Shown here in pieces: positions 37,090 to 50,739 of a DNA stretch of 64,000 nucleotides. The first letter of the stretch is position 1; each line of letters begins with the position of its first letter. The position numbers were made by a program, and so were the translations under genes. Source of the stretch: Camelus ferus (Eukaryota); the NCBI RefSeq assembly GCF_009834535.1, contig NC_045707.1:55988001-56052000 (forward strand). Direction: 5' to 3'. A model generated the notes under the pieces. The model had not been told where the DNA came from and made no database searches. It saw only the letters and a program-made list of their open reading frames with translations.

Positions 37090-37410
37090 AAAGATATAAT
37101 TACAGTCTCCTTATCTCTATTCTATTCCTCACCTTTCCTTTCAGAAGTTACTACCACCTTGAAGTTGGTATGATTCTTTACCCTGTGTTTTCATATTTTA
37201 TCACTTAAATAGGTTTCCATGTAACATATATAGTATTGTTCTGTGTATATTTAAAACCTACTGAAATATACTTCATTTTACAACTTATATTTTTACCCAA
37301 CAAGTTTCTGAGGGTTACCCATATTTACACAACTTTTTCATTGTAACTACTATAGAGTATTCTGAAGAATGAAGATTCTACCATCCAGGAATACTGATGA
37401 ACATTTAGAT
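37090..37410 (-). mobile_element. Old L1M (L1ME-like) fragment
   Basis: caacttatatttttacccaaca...ttctgag...tatagagtattc...ctgatgaacatttagatt. Confidence 0.5.
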
Positions 37411-38039
37411 TCTTTTTTTTTTTTTTTTTTTGCTGGACATTTATTTCTAAACACATAAAACTCAAAGCTACTGCATAGCTTTCCAATTATGCACTAAATG
37501 GGGGGGAAAATAAACCTGAAGACACATAGTACACATCCCACGAGACTATTAGGATCTGTTGAGGTGGCATTGTAAGAAAAAAAGGCTTCTGGACATAACT
37601 GTTCTTTAGGAAAGCACCACTGTTATCCAATATTCTGCTAACATCATCTCCAGCTATTTATAAATTAGTATCAGTATCACCAAAAAATGATTCTCAGCAC
37701 TGAAGGACAAGATATAATGTGCATCAATGGGGCCCTAAAAAGCTAGTTCACCTAAACTGCAGACATTTATATTGGCTAAGGGAAGACTAGATTGATAAAC
37801 ACTTTAAGGCCACTGTGCTGGCAAAGACACAAAGGTACAATTATAAAAACACAACAGAATTCAATTTGAGACGATACAGTTTAGTTTGTGAAAATGCTGT
37901 TTCAAACCTTCCAATCTTGCACTCAACATTTGGAAACCAAACAGATTCCCCTTAGAGAAAAAAGAAAAAGAAAAGCTATCAGGTTTTGCAGCAAATCTGC
38001 AAACCTCATTTGTAACTCCATTCTTTAAAATATTTTTAA

Positions 38040-38545
38040 GTGCATCTCATTGCTCTTGGGACAAGAAAACCTTTACCACTGTCTACAGAGTTCAGGGTTA
38101 CATGACCTCTGCCCACCTTTTTACCTACATCTGAGGCCAGTTTTCCCTGAATATCAAACCTTCAGTCACATCAGACTTTCATCCCTTCTCTTACGGAGTT
38201 CTGAATGCCCTCAGTATCTTTAGACCTTCTAAAGCTTTTCCTCCCATCTTAACCCCATCCACCTTTACCTTGCTAACTCCCTCTCATCCTTCAATGTTCA
38301 GCATCCAAGTTGACCTCAGAAACCCTCCTAACATTTCTGAGTAGATGAGGTCTCCTTGTTTTACCTTTATAACACCCATCACAGTGAGAATTACTAAGCA
38401 AGTAATTACTTGCTTAGTAATTCTCACCTCCATTAAGCCAAAAGGGCTGTAAGGGCAAAGATGATGCTTTGTTTTTCTCTCAGTGTATTCCTACATCTTG
38501 GAACAGTGCCTGAAACATACTCGGGACTCAAATAACTTCTCAAAA
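38040..38545 (+). mobile_element. L2 3' fragment containing a 44-bp perfect palindrome
   Basis: ttgctaactcc...tcatccttca ... aaaccctcc ... cagtgcctgaaacata...actcaaata are L2 3' motifs. Confidence 0.65.
38384..38427. repeat. Perfect 44-bp palindrome (22-bp arms, no spacer)
   Basis: GTGAGAATTACTAAGCAAGTAA|TTACTTGCTTAGTAATTCTCAC equals its own reverse complement (checked base by base). Confidence 0.97.
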
Positions 38546-39106
38546 CCAATAAAAATGCTGTAAGGGAAATTGTCATAGGTTTTGACACAGTAGACGCTCT
38601 GTAAATGCTGGTGGAATAAAATCTCAAATAATACCAACTGCCAAACAGGAGCCAATTTTAAGTCAAATGTAGGCTTAGCACCTCCACAAAGTACAAATAC
38701 TACAGGTTACATTCTGGTCTTTTCTTCCTCAGAAACATAAACATAACACTGTGATAATCATTATCATTAAATAAAATGACTCTTACAAATGCTCTCATTC
38801 ATGGACCTGAACGCTCTATAATTATTCTGTCCTGATTTGTGCACCATCTCTATTTCCACTGACATTTAATTTTATTCTATTTTCAAATAACATAAGTTGA
38901 ATTTAAATAAATTAAGGCAGATTTATGAAGGTTAAGGGTAACCATGTACATTGTAAAAAAAAATCAACCACCTAATATTTTTAAATTGTATTTTTCAGTT
39001 TGGTAATTCAGAATATTGAGATTTAATTTTTTTCCCTCCTATCTCCTTTCTCTAAAGAACTAGAAAGTACAGATATCACATATCACTATCTATTATATAG
39101 TTAATA

Positions 39107-39232
39107 TTTATTTATGTATTTATTTAGAGGTATAATTGGTATATAACATCATATTAGTTTCAGTTGTACAACATGACTCAATATTTGTATATATTGCAAA
39201 ATGATCATCACAATAAGTCTAGTTAACATCCA
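39107..39232 (-). mobile_element. Short L1 3' end (older subfamily)
   Basis: gaggtataattggtatataaca...tagtttcagttgtacaaca...aaatgatcatcacaataagtctagttaacatcc. Confidence 0.75.
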
Positions 39233-40960
39233 GAACTATTTATTTAACAAAGACTTCTATAGCCCTTGGTACGTGCCAGGCACTGCTCTACTTTTACAAA
39301 TATGAACTTGTGTAATCTTCTTAGGGTTTAAGAGGTTGGATACCAAATCATAATAATTATATATAAACAGCACTAAGTCGTCTATGTATAATGCTTTCTG
39401 AACTAGCATGGATCAATTAGGGGTGATATTTTCCAAAATTAGCTAATGGCATGTTTATTAGTACTAATTTCTATCACTGAGCTAGGACTGCTTTGATGCC
39501 TCTTTTCTTAAAGTCAACGATCTCTTCACTTGTAAAATATTTTTTAAAACATTCACAAAACCCCAAAACTTGAAGGGCACAGATTCCCTTTTAAATGAAA
39601 ACAAAAAGTCACTCATTAAACAAAATTCAAACAAACAAAACCTTAGCAGATAATCCCTGATTTGCTACTCGCATCCTATGTAGGAAAAGGCCTTTTCTTT
39701 TCTTTGCACAAATGAGGAATCAAAACAACTGATTTTGAGTCTCCTTCGAATTCCAGCACTGTCTCTCTGCAATATTACCATGAAAATAACAAACACTAGG
39801 AAGCAGGTTTGGTTCTGACTGTGGAGTTATGCGACGATCCTGAAAAGCTATCTGAATCATGTCTCTGGTTCCTCAATTGGAAATAAAACAAAACAAAAGA
39901 AAATTTTAAAATGTTGATGAAACCGTAGTGCAGTCAGGAGATTAAGCATTTAAGATGTACTGCTTTAGATGGATAATCCTGAGACCACCTAAAAAACATC
40001 ATTGTCAGAATAACGTAATCCCTGGTCTGCACAATAAAGACTTTATTCATCAAAATACTCACGTTATTATTATAACCTGGTTCTGTAACAAGGTCTGATT
40101 ACTTTTCCCATTCTTGTTTTCCTCAAGATTATTGAGAACAATGCTGCTTTTCAGTAAATAATACTTCTGCATGTATTTTAATCACTAGACTAAGCAGTAC
40201 ATAACTTCCCAAATTATTGCCCCTGAAAATAGCAACTTAACTCCATTTCAGTCTCTGATTGTTTTACTTAATGTCTAGTTCTCTTTTTTCTTAAATTGAG
40301 ACACCTGTCATCATGATGGGCATTAGCTAATTTTGCAATTGTTTGGGTGCTGTGTATATGGTCTGAGGATTTTATGGGTGTTAATAGTGTACTACAATTA
40401 AATTGCAAATATTTCAAAATCCTTTATTATGTTTCTTTCTCAAAACAACCTAGTAAAGTCTGTCGCTCATAGTAAATGCTTAAATATTTGTCTATTTTGC
40501 AAAGAATATTTCTCCCTAGACTGTATCAGGACTGTAAAAAGTTAAAAGCATTTAAGATGGTCATCCTTGCTCTATATCAAGCAAGGACATAGTTATTTGC
40601 AGACTCTGCCCCCATAGGAAACCTCCTTATCTTCTCATAACACTCTAGATTGCTGATCTGTTCCCCTATAATACAACAGGATAAAATTTAACCAAAGTTT
40701 TTTAAGCTAAATCATGTCTTCAAGCTTCACAGAAGTTGCAAACATATTTCCCTCTTATATTTAATGGCACTATCATTTCATGCAAAGATCAATAAAAGTT
40801 TTTAATGCCAGCAAGCATGAGACGTGTCCCAACTTGGTCCCTTAGTGAGTGAATTTGAGCCATTTCCTTAACTCCTTGAGCCCCACTTTCCTCAAATGCT
40901 TGACAAGGGATAGGTGCTGAGTTAATGACTTACCTTCTTCTTGTCTCCTCCCTTCATAAG

Positions 40961-41025
40961 AAAGTTTTAACTTCTTTACCAAACAAACCACCTATAAAAG
41001 TTTTAACTCTTTACCAAACAAACCA
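40961..41025. repeat. Local tandem duplication of about 30 bp
   Basis: aaagttttaac(t)tctttaccaaacaaacca occurs twice, 36 bp apart. Confidence 0.9.
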
Positions 41026-43191
41026 GCTTAATACAGTTCCTTAATTAAGATATAGTGGCTAGCCAACTTCCAATGTCTTTGAAGTTTTATGTCTTACTCC
41101 TAATATTCCTTTCAAGCATTCATATTAGTAGCCCCACTTATCATTTCATCACACAGTAAAATTATAGAGTGCTGAATTCACAGTTATGGACAGGGCTTCA
41201 GACATCAGGCTTGAAAGCTCCTTACAGGTTTGGTCACCACAAAGCTACTCCAATCCCCAGTAAACCAGAGTGCATGTCATATGGCCACGTGAAAGAGTTT
41301 CAAATAGCTCATCAGAAAGGCCACGGATATTCAAAGAGAGGGGAAAAAAATCAGTCCATCCAGTAATTAAGAAATACTCTCTACTCCCAGCAAAGATGTG
41401 CAATGATTTGAAGCAAATGTTGCTGCATAATTACATGTGAACATAATTGAGGCACTCCATCTCTGCAAGTCCTTTTATGTGAGTAAATGATTTGAAATGG
41501 AATGCAAAATTAAAAGTATCTTTTTTTAAGCAGACCATTAAAATTATACTTTGGGTTCTAAAACTTGGCCTGAGACAAGAAAAATCTTAAAAAGATGTGG
41601 AGTAAAAAAAATCAAAAAGAAGCACAAACAGCAGAAGATTACATATTTAGTAAAGCCATTATGGGGACAGCATCAGCATGGTGCTCTTGGGATCTAGCGT
41701 AGGAAAACAGAAAGCATGTCGGTGCACTCCCACAGAGGCCTCCATCATAATGACCCTTTTAATCTACAATCTTCATAAGAAGGAAGGAGACACCAGGATG
41801 AGCATAAGATACACAGTGCTGTAATCAAAGCTCAAACCACAACAAAGCATGTATTCATTTCAGTTTCCTTTACTGGATGAAAAGACATTCAAATGATATT
41901 TCAGGATAGATGAATGAATCTACTAAAACATTCTGTTTTGAAAATGAAGTTTGGAAATCAACCTGATATGTGTAAATGTACCCCAGACCAGAATCCCCTG
42001 CTGTTTCCTCCCAACTTACTACAACTATCACTCTGAAGTGAGTTTTTAACCTATGGTAAAATTGTCAATTAGTTACTATTTATTTATGTATACTCTCTCA
42101 CTAGTATTGAAGAAATTCAGTTATGTCCAGCAACCTGGTAGGGTTTTTTGTTTTGTTTCGTTTTGTTTGTATTACAGAGTGAACAAGTTGGGAAGACATA
42201 TTAAGGCAAGTTAAATATAAAATCTCAGAATAAACAAAATTTATTAGAGGGAAATTTCCATTTCTTAAAGTTAAGTCTTCCCCGGAGTATCCTATTTGAT
42301 TATCTGAGTAATTATGTTCATATTGCATTTGTAAATACACACACTTATTTGGGAGAGTTCTCTTGTCACTGTGGTTGTTTTAAAAATACATAATAGGGTT
42401 TTTCTTCATCCTACCGGGTTGGGGAGATAGTAGACAGACTGTCGGAAGAGAAGGGTCCAAAAAGGCGGCAATTATCTATAAAATGCATGACAAGCAGAAA
42501 AGGGAGCCCCAGGAACAAGAGAAAGTACCAGTCAAGAACTGAAAACGCTTAGTTGAACTGAGAAATTGAAATTACTTTAAACACAGCAGCATTGTTCCCT
42601 TACATGCCCTGGTTATCTACAATGATTTGCAAATCTGTACCCTCATGGCTGTGTGAATCTGGGAGTCCTGCCTGCCCTTCCCACTCAGATTCAGCAGGAA
42701 AATAATAAAAGAGGACACTCCACCTCACATTTCCAACTGTTTTTTTTCCCATTTTGAATACCTTCTGTTTCCAGTGCTATTAAGAGATCAAAACTTTTTC
42801 ACATAAAATTACTTCAGATACCAACTTTCAGTCAACTTAAGAAAAGAAGATTTCTTAGTTTCCTACCTAGTCTGTCCAAGGAAGCTCCAAATCATAATGA
42901 AACATATATAGTAGCTCCTAAACTACTCATATATCTATTTTTAATAGATGATGTCCAGAAAATACTCTCATCAATAATTAGTTTCCCATTTACTTAACTA
43001 GGAAATTTGAAATTCAAGTACCAATTTCAATGATCACAAATCATAGAATCTTTAATAGTCATTTCTAACATCCTAGTGAACAGTGATTTCTCAGGCCATT
43101 TAATATTACTATATTTCTACAGGTATGAAATTCCTATTAATTTCTTTCAAATCCATTCTGTATCTTTTCATTATATAAAATACTAGTAGAA

Positions 43192-43831
43192 ATAGTCTCA
43201 TGGACATAGAAAACAAACTGTGGTTACCAGGGGGAAAGGGGGCAGGGAGGGATAGATTAGGAGTCTGGGATTAAAAGATACATACTACTATATAGAAATA
43301 GATAAACAAGGACCTACTGTATAGCACAGGGAACTATATTCAATTTCTTGTAATGAGCTGTAATGGAAAAGAAACTGAAAATATATGTATGTATGTATAT
43401 GTGTAACTCAACTGCTTTGCTGTACACGTAAAACTAAGCATTTTATGGTTCCTGTACAGTAAACTACACATTTCAGATGTACAATTTGATGAATTTTGAT
43501 AGATGTATACACCAATGAAACCACCAACACAATCAAGATAGCTAACATTTCCATTACTCTCCAAGAGGTAAAAATTTCAAATTCTGTTTATCCCTTCTTA
43601 TCCCCTTTACTCTCTGGTTACCATAAATTTGTTCTCAGTGTCTGTGAGTCTGTTTCTGTTTTGTAGATAAGTTTATTTGTGATCTTTTCTTTTTTAGATT
43701 CCACATATAAATGATATCATATGGTATTTAAGGTGTTAAAAAATAAAAATTAAATGTTATTTTAAAATGAACATTGTAAATCAACTACACTTCAATAAAA
43801 ATGAGAATTTAATTTTTTAAATAAAAATAAA
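43192..43831 (+). mobile_element. L1 3' end interrupted by two antisense L1-derived segments
   Basis: The plus-strand tail breaks at ...aaactaagca (43440) and resumes at acattgtaaatcaactacacttcaataaaa (43771). Approximate TSD ataaaatactagtagaa / ataaaatactggcagca. Confidence 0.8.
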
Positions 43832-44035
43832 ATAAAATACTGGCAGCACGCCTTTTCTGTACACACTTATATATCTGATATAAGTTTATTTTCATCCACT
43901 TAACTAGCATTTCGGGTCTATTTATTCACACATTATTTACCGAGTGCTTGCTATGTGCCAGACACTTTGATTTAACAGGCGAGTTACAGAACAATCTTGA
44001 ACCAAATTATTATAATTAATAATGTACATTTTAAG

Positions 44036-44165
44036 TTTTAAAATTTATTTTATTTATTTTTAATTGAAGTATAGTCAGCTTACAATATTGTGTCAACTTT
44101 TGGTGTATAGCATAGTTCAGTCATACATATATATACATTCATTTTCATATTCTTTTTCATTATAA
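44036..44165 (-). mobile_element. Short L1 3' end
   Basis: ttttaattgaagtatagtcagcttacaatattgtgtc...; flanks taatgtacatttt / taatatacatttt. Confidence 0.85.
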
Positions 44166-44584
44166 TATAATATACATTTTTAGTGTATCAAGGTTACATT
44201 CTGACTAGTTTGGGCACCGAACTTCACTAGCAAAAAGTCCTGGGCTCAGCTAATGGTCTCAGCGTGTTACATAGATTATGTTTTCTCTCTTTAAAGGTCA
44301 AGTCTCTGCAATATAAATTATAAGACCGAGACAGAGTATCAGCTATTTAGGAGATGGAATAATAACCAGGACCTAGACCAGGACTTAATGTTTATACATT
44401 AATCTCTCTGAATCTCTCTTTTTTTTTTTTTTTAGGGGAAGGACAATATTGAAGATTATTTTTTAAAATACTGAAATCAGACTAGGGGTGCATTTGAGTA
44501 TTAGTTTGGTATTTCATACATCCTTCATGATCTTTGTAGACTCTCCCCCCGACAAAAGGGAGAAGTACAGGGTATATAAGCATA

Positions 44585-45112
44585 CTTTTAAAAATAGAAC
44601 TACTTTTTAAGAGTAGTTTCAAGTTCCCAGCAAAACTAAGCAGAAAGCAGAGTTCCCGTATACCTACTGTCTCCCCAACACATAACCTTCCCCACCATCA
44701 GCCTCCTGCCCTAGGGTGGTACATGTGCTACAATCAATGAACCTACATGGACACATTATCACCTCAAGCCCACAGTTCACATCAAGGTTCACTCTTGGTG
44801 TTGTACATTCTCTGGATTTTGACAAATGTAATATGACACATATCCACCGTTACAAGATACAGAATAGTTTTATGACTCTCAAAATCCCTTGGACTCTGCT
44901 TATTCCTTCTATCCTCCCCTCAACCCCTGACAACAACTGATCTTTCTACTGTCTCCATACTTTCGCCTTTCCCAGAATGTCATATTCTTGGAATCACACA
45001 GCCTTTTCAGATTAAATTCTTCCAGTTAGTAATAGGCATTTAAGGTTTTCCCGTATCTTATCATGACTCGACAGCTCATCTCTTTTTAGCACTGAATAAT
45101 ACTCCATTGTAT
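44585..45112 (-). mobile_element. L1MC-like 3' fragment
   Basis: agagttcccgtatacc ... acaatcaatgaacctacat ... ggttcactcttggtgttgtacattct ... gccttttcccagaatgtcat. Confidence 0.8.
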
Positions 45113-45904
45113 TAGAGTACTTCCGGTGAAAATTTTATAGCACCTTGCCAGAGGTCCAAGGCAGAGGCCACATCTATGTTTTTAAAACATCACTGTTCCT
45201 ATCACAGAGGAGGTATCCAGGAAATGACTTGTTGAATGAATATATTATTGATTAAATGAACGTGCAAATGAAGTTATTTAATCTTTCTAAGACTCATTTT
45301 CATAACATGTAAAGTGAGGCTAAAACCTTCCCTCACAACACTATATGAAAACTAGAAAATCTTTAAAAGAGAGTTATTTTCAGTAGTAACTATTCCCATG
45401 AATGAATTTAATTGAAACCACATTTTCAGTTAGGGGTCATGAATCTTTTATCTCCAAGAAAATAAAATGGTAAAGAAAGGAGGAAACCAGGGCCAGGACT
45501 ACAGAGAGAGAGACACCTGAGGCACAGAGTTGAAGGCGGCACTCACTCTCCTGTCTGCTGTGTCAAGATTCAAGACATTTTCAGCAGACCAGTAAAAAGG
45601 ACTAGAACAAACAAAATGACATTTAATGTTCTTGAACATAAAAACATAGAATCCAGACACACAAGTCAAATGCCTCAGAAAAGGGCAAGAGAGCTCTGGC
45701 TTAATAGCAGAAAACATAAATGTTTTAATTATTCACAAAGTTATTAAGAATCTATAATATAATTTGTTTGCAAAAAATAATACAAACATAAGGTGAATTA
45801 ATAACAATATATAATTTTCTTAGTAAGTGATATGAGGTAGGCAGCAGTCTCTAATTCTACATACTACATTTCAAAAGGAACCAGGATAAATGGAGATTGT
45901 TGAA

Positions 45905-46340
45905 CTATCAAATCACTATGGTATATACCAGGAGCTAACACAGTGTTGTAGGTCAATTATATCCAAAAACAAACTCATAGAAAAAGAGACCAGAGCCGGG
46001 GGGTGGGGGGAATAGGGAGAATGAGATGAAGCTGCTCAAAAGGTACAAACTTTCAGGTATGAGATAAATAAGTACTCAGGATGTAATGGACAATGTGATA
46101 AATGTAGTTCACATTGCTATATGTTACATATGAAAGATGTTAAGTAAGAAAATCCTGAGTTCTCATCTATCAAAAAAAATCTTCCGTTTCTTTAATTTTG
46201 TATCTATAAGAGATGATGGACATTCACTAAACTTATGCTAATCACTTTATGCCTCATGTAAGTCAAATCATTACGCAGTACACCTTAAACTTACACAGTG
46301 CTGTACGTCAACTGTGTCTCAATAAAACTGGAAGAAAAAA
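45905..46340 (+). mobile_element. L1 3' end (L1MA9-related, laurasiatherian type)
   Basis: aggtacaaactttcag...gagataaataagt ... gtaagtcaaatcatta...tacaccttaaactta...tctcaataaaactggaagaaaaaa. Confidence 0.8.
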
Positions 46341-49300
46341 GAAATGAGAGAAAACTGATTGAGACAATTGTTAAACGAAAATATGACCTATTAAAGGGAG
46401 TTAATAGGGTTAATTGAAGGGTGCTAAACAGGGTAAATCTCATTTTTTACAGCCTCTGCTAAATTAAGTTAGGAAACCAGAGTCAAAGGAGTAAATAAAA
46501 CTAGCTAAATTTTAGTCACCATAAGAATAGTATAGCAAATGAATGCTTAAAAAGGACAAATTCAAATACAAAAGAGAAAAAACTAAAAGTACGTTAAAAA
46601 CCAATAATGTTAGTAAAAGGACAAAAAAAAAGGTTACTAAAAAAATTTACTTTAAAAAAAAGGATAGAAAAAAGAACTGAGGTTACTCAGTGTTTTTTAC
46701 ATCCCCAGATATAGTATAAGTTAAATATAAGTAAATGAATAAGTAAGCACACATACACACTCATATGCCTATTTTTAAACAGTTCATTTAATAAATATTT
46801 TTAAAATGGAACCATAATAAATGAAAGGTTATCTAAAAGAATACCAGAAGAAAGAAGGGTCTAGGAACCATGCTATCCAAATGGTTAAAAAATGAGAGTG
46901 TGATAAAAAAAAAAAAAGTCACTATGTTATATGAGAAATTAATGTTGAAAGTAATAAGGAAGAAAATTCAATCTGAATTGAAATTAAAATGTTTAAAGTT
47001 AGAGTTGTTCAAGAATGGCATCTTCCTTTCAAAGAAAAATCTTCCTTTCAAAGAAAGCATTCAAACAGGGACTAGGTGACCATTTCTAAGCAATATCACA
47101 GATACTATAATTCTAGCATATTCCTCACATTTAGAATGAAATATAAATCATCCTAAAAACCATGTGAAATACTGCTTAAACACTATAGGATGCCCATGAG
47201 ACTAATTCCTAGGAATTGTTTAGAAAAGGTTAGATCTTAATTTTATGTTTCCTGTGAATTTGGTCCATAAGTTTACCTTTCTACAGCACAATAAAAAATA
47301 ATAAAAGTTCACAATAGCGGTAAGAAAGCTTATCCACTGCAACTATTTCTGATTTGAGGTGGTCTATAGCTGTGCATTTTGCCATTCAGTGATCTACTTT
47401 TTATTCTTATATTAAATTAAGTAATTAGTGGCTGTTCATGCAGCTTGAAACAGATACATTTTTCAGGACAAGCCCCTGTCATCATAAAATTCTAATAAGG
47501 GGAACATGAGTAAATAAATGATGGTTAAAAATGCAAGAACACTATTTAACATCACAGAACATTCATTAAGCAGCTAGTAGTGAACACTGCCATATTAAGT
47601 ATTACAGGGATTCTAAGAACCCTAATTATGTTGAAACGCAAACCAGGGGATGCTTTTCTCTTGATACATTTACACATGAAATAAACACAAATACTTCACC
47701 TACATCCATGCTCACTGCCACCAATAACATAGAGAACCCTACAATTAACCCTCTATTGGATCACGGTCTAAGGCATGTGGCCAAGCGCCTGGGAAGAGTT
47801 AGTCCAAATTTTGTTACATGTTTGAGAAGAATAAAAGCATTAAAGTTAAGCCATCCATCATTTTTTTAGACCTCCCATAAATAAGAAACAGTTTCAATTT
47901 TACAAAGATTTACTATGGAAAACTTACATTGAGAAGAAAAGACCACAACAAGAACAAGGACAAAAGAAATTACTTTTTATAATATACATCATCTGGAAGT
48001 ATTTGGAGTTCTACTTTCCTTCACTGATTAACTTAAAAAAAAAAAAAAAAAAAAGCCAGTCAACAGTTCTATAGCAATTACTAGAATAAAGTAAAAAATT
48101 AAAACTTAGGCCTGGGAAGTCCAAAAGTTAAGACTTTATGTCTGAGAAATGCTTAATTATTTTCAGAAGAAAATAGAGGATGAGATACAAGTCCCGAATG
48201 ATGAGACACGAGGAAAAAATTAGCCATTTTACTTCCATCTTAAAAATCACAGCTCCAGTTCATTTCTTCCTTTAAGGGGTCAATGTAAGTAAAATATGCT
48301 GCCCCATACAATACAGAAAATGCCATCAAGACAGAGATGATAGAAAATAGAGTCCTAAAATTTTCCACTATCACAAAGGTCAACTACACACCCAGGAATG
48401 ACTGGCATGTGCCACCAAGCTCGAGCCTGCCAGGAAAGAGAAGGCGGCTCCGACACTTGAGTTCCTCTGTACTATGCACTTCCCCACTACCTAATGAGCC
48501 TGAATTAATGAACTGACCCTGGGAGTGTCGGTTTTTAAACTTCAGAACCAGTTGCTTTTCGCCTCTCAGCATTTTCTCACTGGCAGACTGAAGCTTGATG
48601 GCATACTCCAGTGGTTTGGGGATGTATACCTTGACCTTGGTGATCATGGAAAATTTTAGACTCTAATTTCTATCTTCTCTACTGCAGAGAGGCAAAAGGC
48701 AACTAACTAACTGCTCAGGAGTTTAAAAAGTTAACAGTTATCAGGGTCATCTAATCAACTTGGAACTAAAGGAGTACTTATTCTGGAGCAACTTTAGTGC
48801 CAATTTCTTGTTTTATGGTCTCACTCTGCACACTCTCTCTGAGGAATGAGACAAAGTTTAATAATTAAAGATACAAATGACCTAATGAATTGGATTCAAA
48901 CAAGTCATTGGTAGTAAACAGTCACACACATATACGGTCACACACACACGCACACACACAAAGTAATTCTTTTTTCCTTTGCCAAGGGCAATAGATTTTA
49001 ACAGCACAAATGGCCTTGGCATTCCACTTACAGAGATTCACATTCAAGAATTATTACATGACATAAGCCAAATGGTATTATATAGAGTCATTGAACTACA
49101 GGCTCAATTCCCAAAAGAATATTATATAACAGAGAAATAAACACCAGACGGTTTTAGGGAAAGGAAAAAACTTCTCAGACTCCAGGTTAAAACATACAAA
49201 ATTGACCTTCATAGAAAAAAAATTCTTGGTTCTCCTAACTTGTGTTCCTATGTTCATATACTGTGCTTGATTTCAACAAGGCAACCTCAACTACTTTCAG

Positions 49301-49507
49301 GGTATGGACTAGAATAAGCAGAAGAACAGTTGTATTTGCCTAAAACAAATCGTATCTAATGTTTCTTCCAAGAACAGACTCCAACTAGAATCGTCTCTAA
49401 TTTTTCCTATCTCTACTAAAGGTTTCCAGTGCTTGGAAATTTACTAACTTCCAAGCCTGCTCTACCCACTCTTAGAAACAACGAAAGGTCAGAACAGTCC
49501 TCTTATC

Positions 49508-49848
49508 TGTAGAAATAAATTTCCAGACCCAAGATAGAGCTGCTCCTACATAGGCGCCAGGTCAGCAAACCCAGATTTAGATAACTTGGTGTTTCTGTAA
49601 GCGGTTTGCTTGACCAGCGATCCAGTCTATCCAGTCAGCCAATCCCCAAATGCCAGGCCAACTCTCGGCCTTCACCCCAAACTAGGTTGACTATGTGACC
49701 ACAACCAATCAGATTTTCTATGTTTCTCTTCCTGTTTTTTATTCTTGATCCCATTTTTTGCCCTATTTTGCATTCTTATGAAAGGAGACTGTCCACTTCC
49801 TGAAGTGTTAAACAAAGTTTGTATTCCCTAAATTGTCTTCTTCAAACA
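49508..49848 (+). mobile_element. Probable ERV1-type solo LTR (degenerate)
   Basis: TG start, cccaagatagag...ccaggtcagcaaac, CCAAT boxes (agccaatc, aaccaatcag), ends ...aaaca. Shares ccaggtcagcaaac with the 52.0-kb LTR. Confidence 0.5.
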
Positions 49849-50600
49849 TTTTTGAATCTGTCTTAACCTCACCCTATTATTATTTGAAGTAAAAACAGTG
49901 AATTTTTGGTGGTCCTGAGCTAATAGAGCCATACCCCTCCCGCCCGGAAAATAATGGAAGTCTATTGTTCTGGACACACATAATGGCTCATTACAAACTC
50001 ATACTAGGTCTCAGAGGCCACATTTTAAAGCTATCATCAAGGCACCATCTAATCAAGATTCTTTTGTCTTGATTTCCTGGTTGCCTCTTAAATACTCTGT
50101 GGCCCTCAAGGAATTAACAAGTATTAAAGTAGCCCCTGATTCTAAGGTGATGCAAATAGAATAAGTGGACTGCATACCTGCATCAAATACAGGCCTTTCC
50201 ATTGTAAATAAAGTCTTCACAAGTAAAGCTTACTTTCACTAAAAGAATTTGAGCTATTGCTATCATCGGTCATTTTGAAAAGATTCAAATTTCCTTAAGG
50301 TCCTAAGGTTTATACATTTTATAGCAACTAAAAAGTTCTCTAAGTGGAAGATGTCCACATTTATTTCTAAAATGAAGAACTAGAAAAAAGGATAACTAGC
50401 ACATTCAACTCAACAGTTTTTATTTTAATGAGCAAACTTCCTTTTAGACAAAATTTGTTCATCCACGCATTTATATGCAATTATTTAATACATACCTACT
50501 GTATCAAGTATTATGCTCTGTTATAAAAATGCCAAGATGAGCACCATCCACTTATAGAGGGGAGAGAGATAGGCTAATATGGGTCTATTAGAATCCTTAG

Positions 50601-50739
50601 GTGGGGGAGGGTATACCTTAGTGGTAGAGTGCATGCTTAGCATGCAGGAGGTCCTGGGTTCAATCCCCAGTACCTCCATTTAAAAAAATCAATCAATCTA
50701 ATTACCTCTCCCCCAAACAAACAAACAAACAAACAAAAA
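50601..50739 (+). mobile_element. tRNA-Ala-derived SINE (Vic-1-like, long form)
   Basis: gggggagggtata...gtggtagagtgcatgcttagcatgcaggaggtcctgggttcaatccccagtacctcca...ctaattacctctccccc followed by (AAAC)n. Confidence 0.92.

Noticed and set aside
50601..50690. tRNA-Ala(AGC) gene (also the seven similar copies)
   Set aside because: A-rich tails, TSDs, CpG decay and stem mismatches identify these as tRNA-derived SINEs, not functional tRNA genes.
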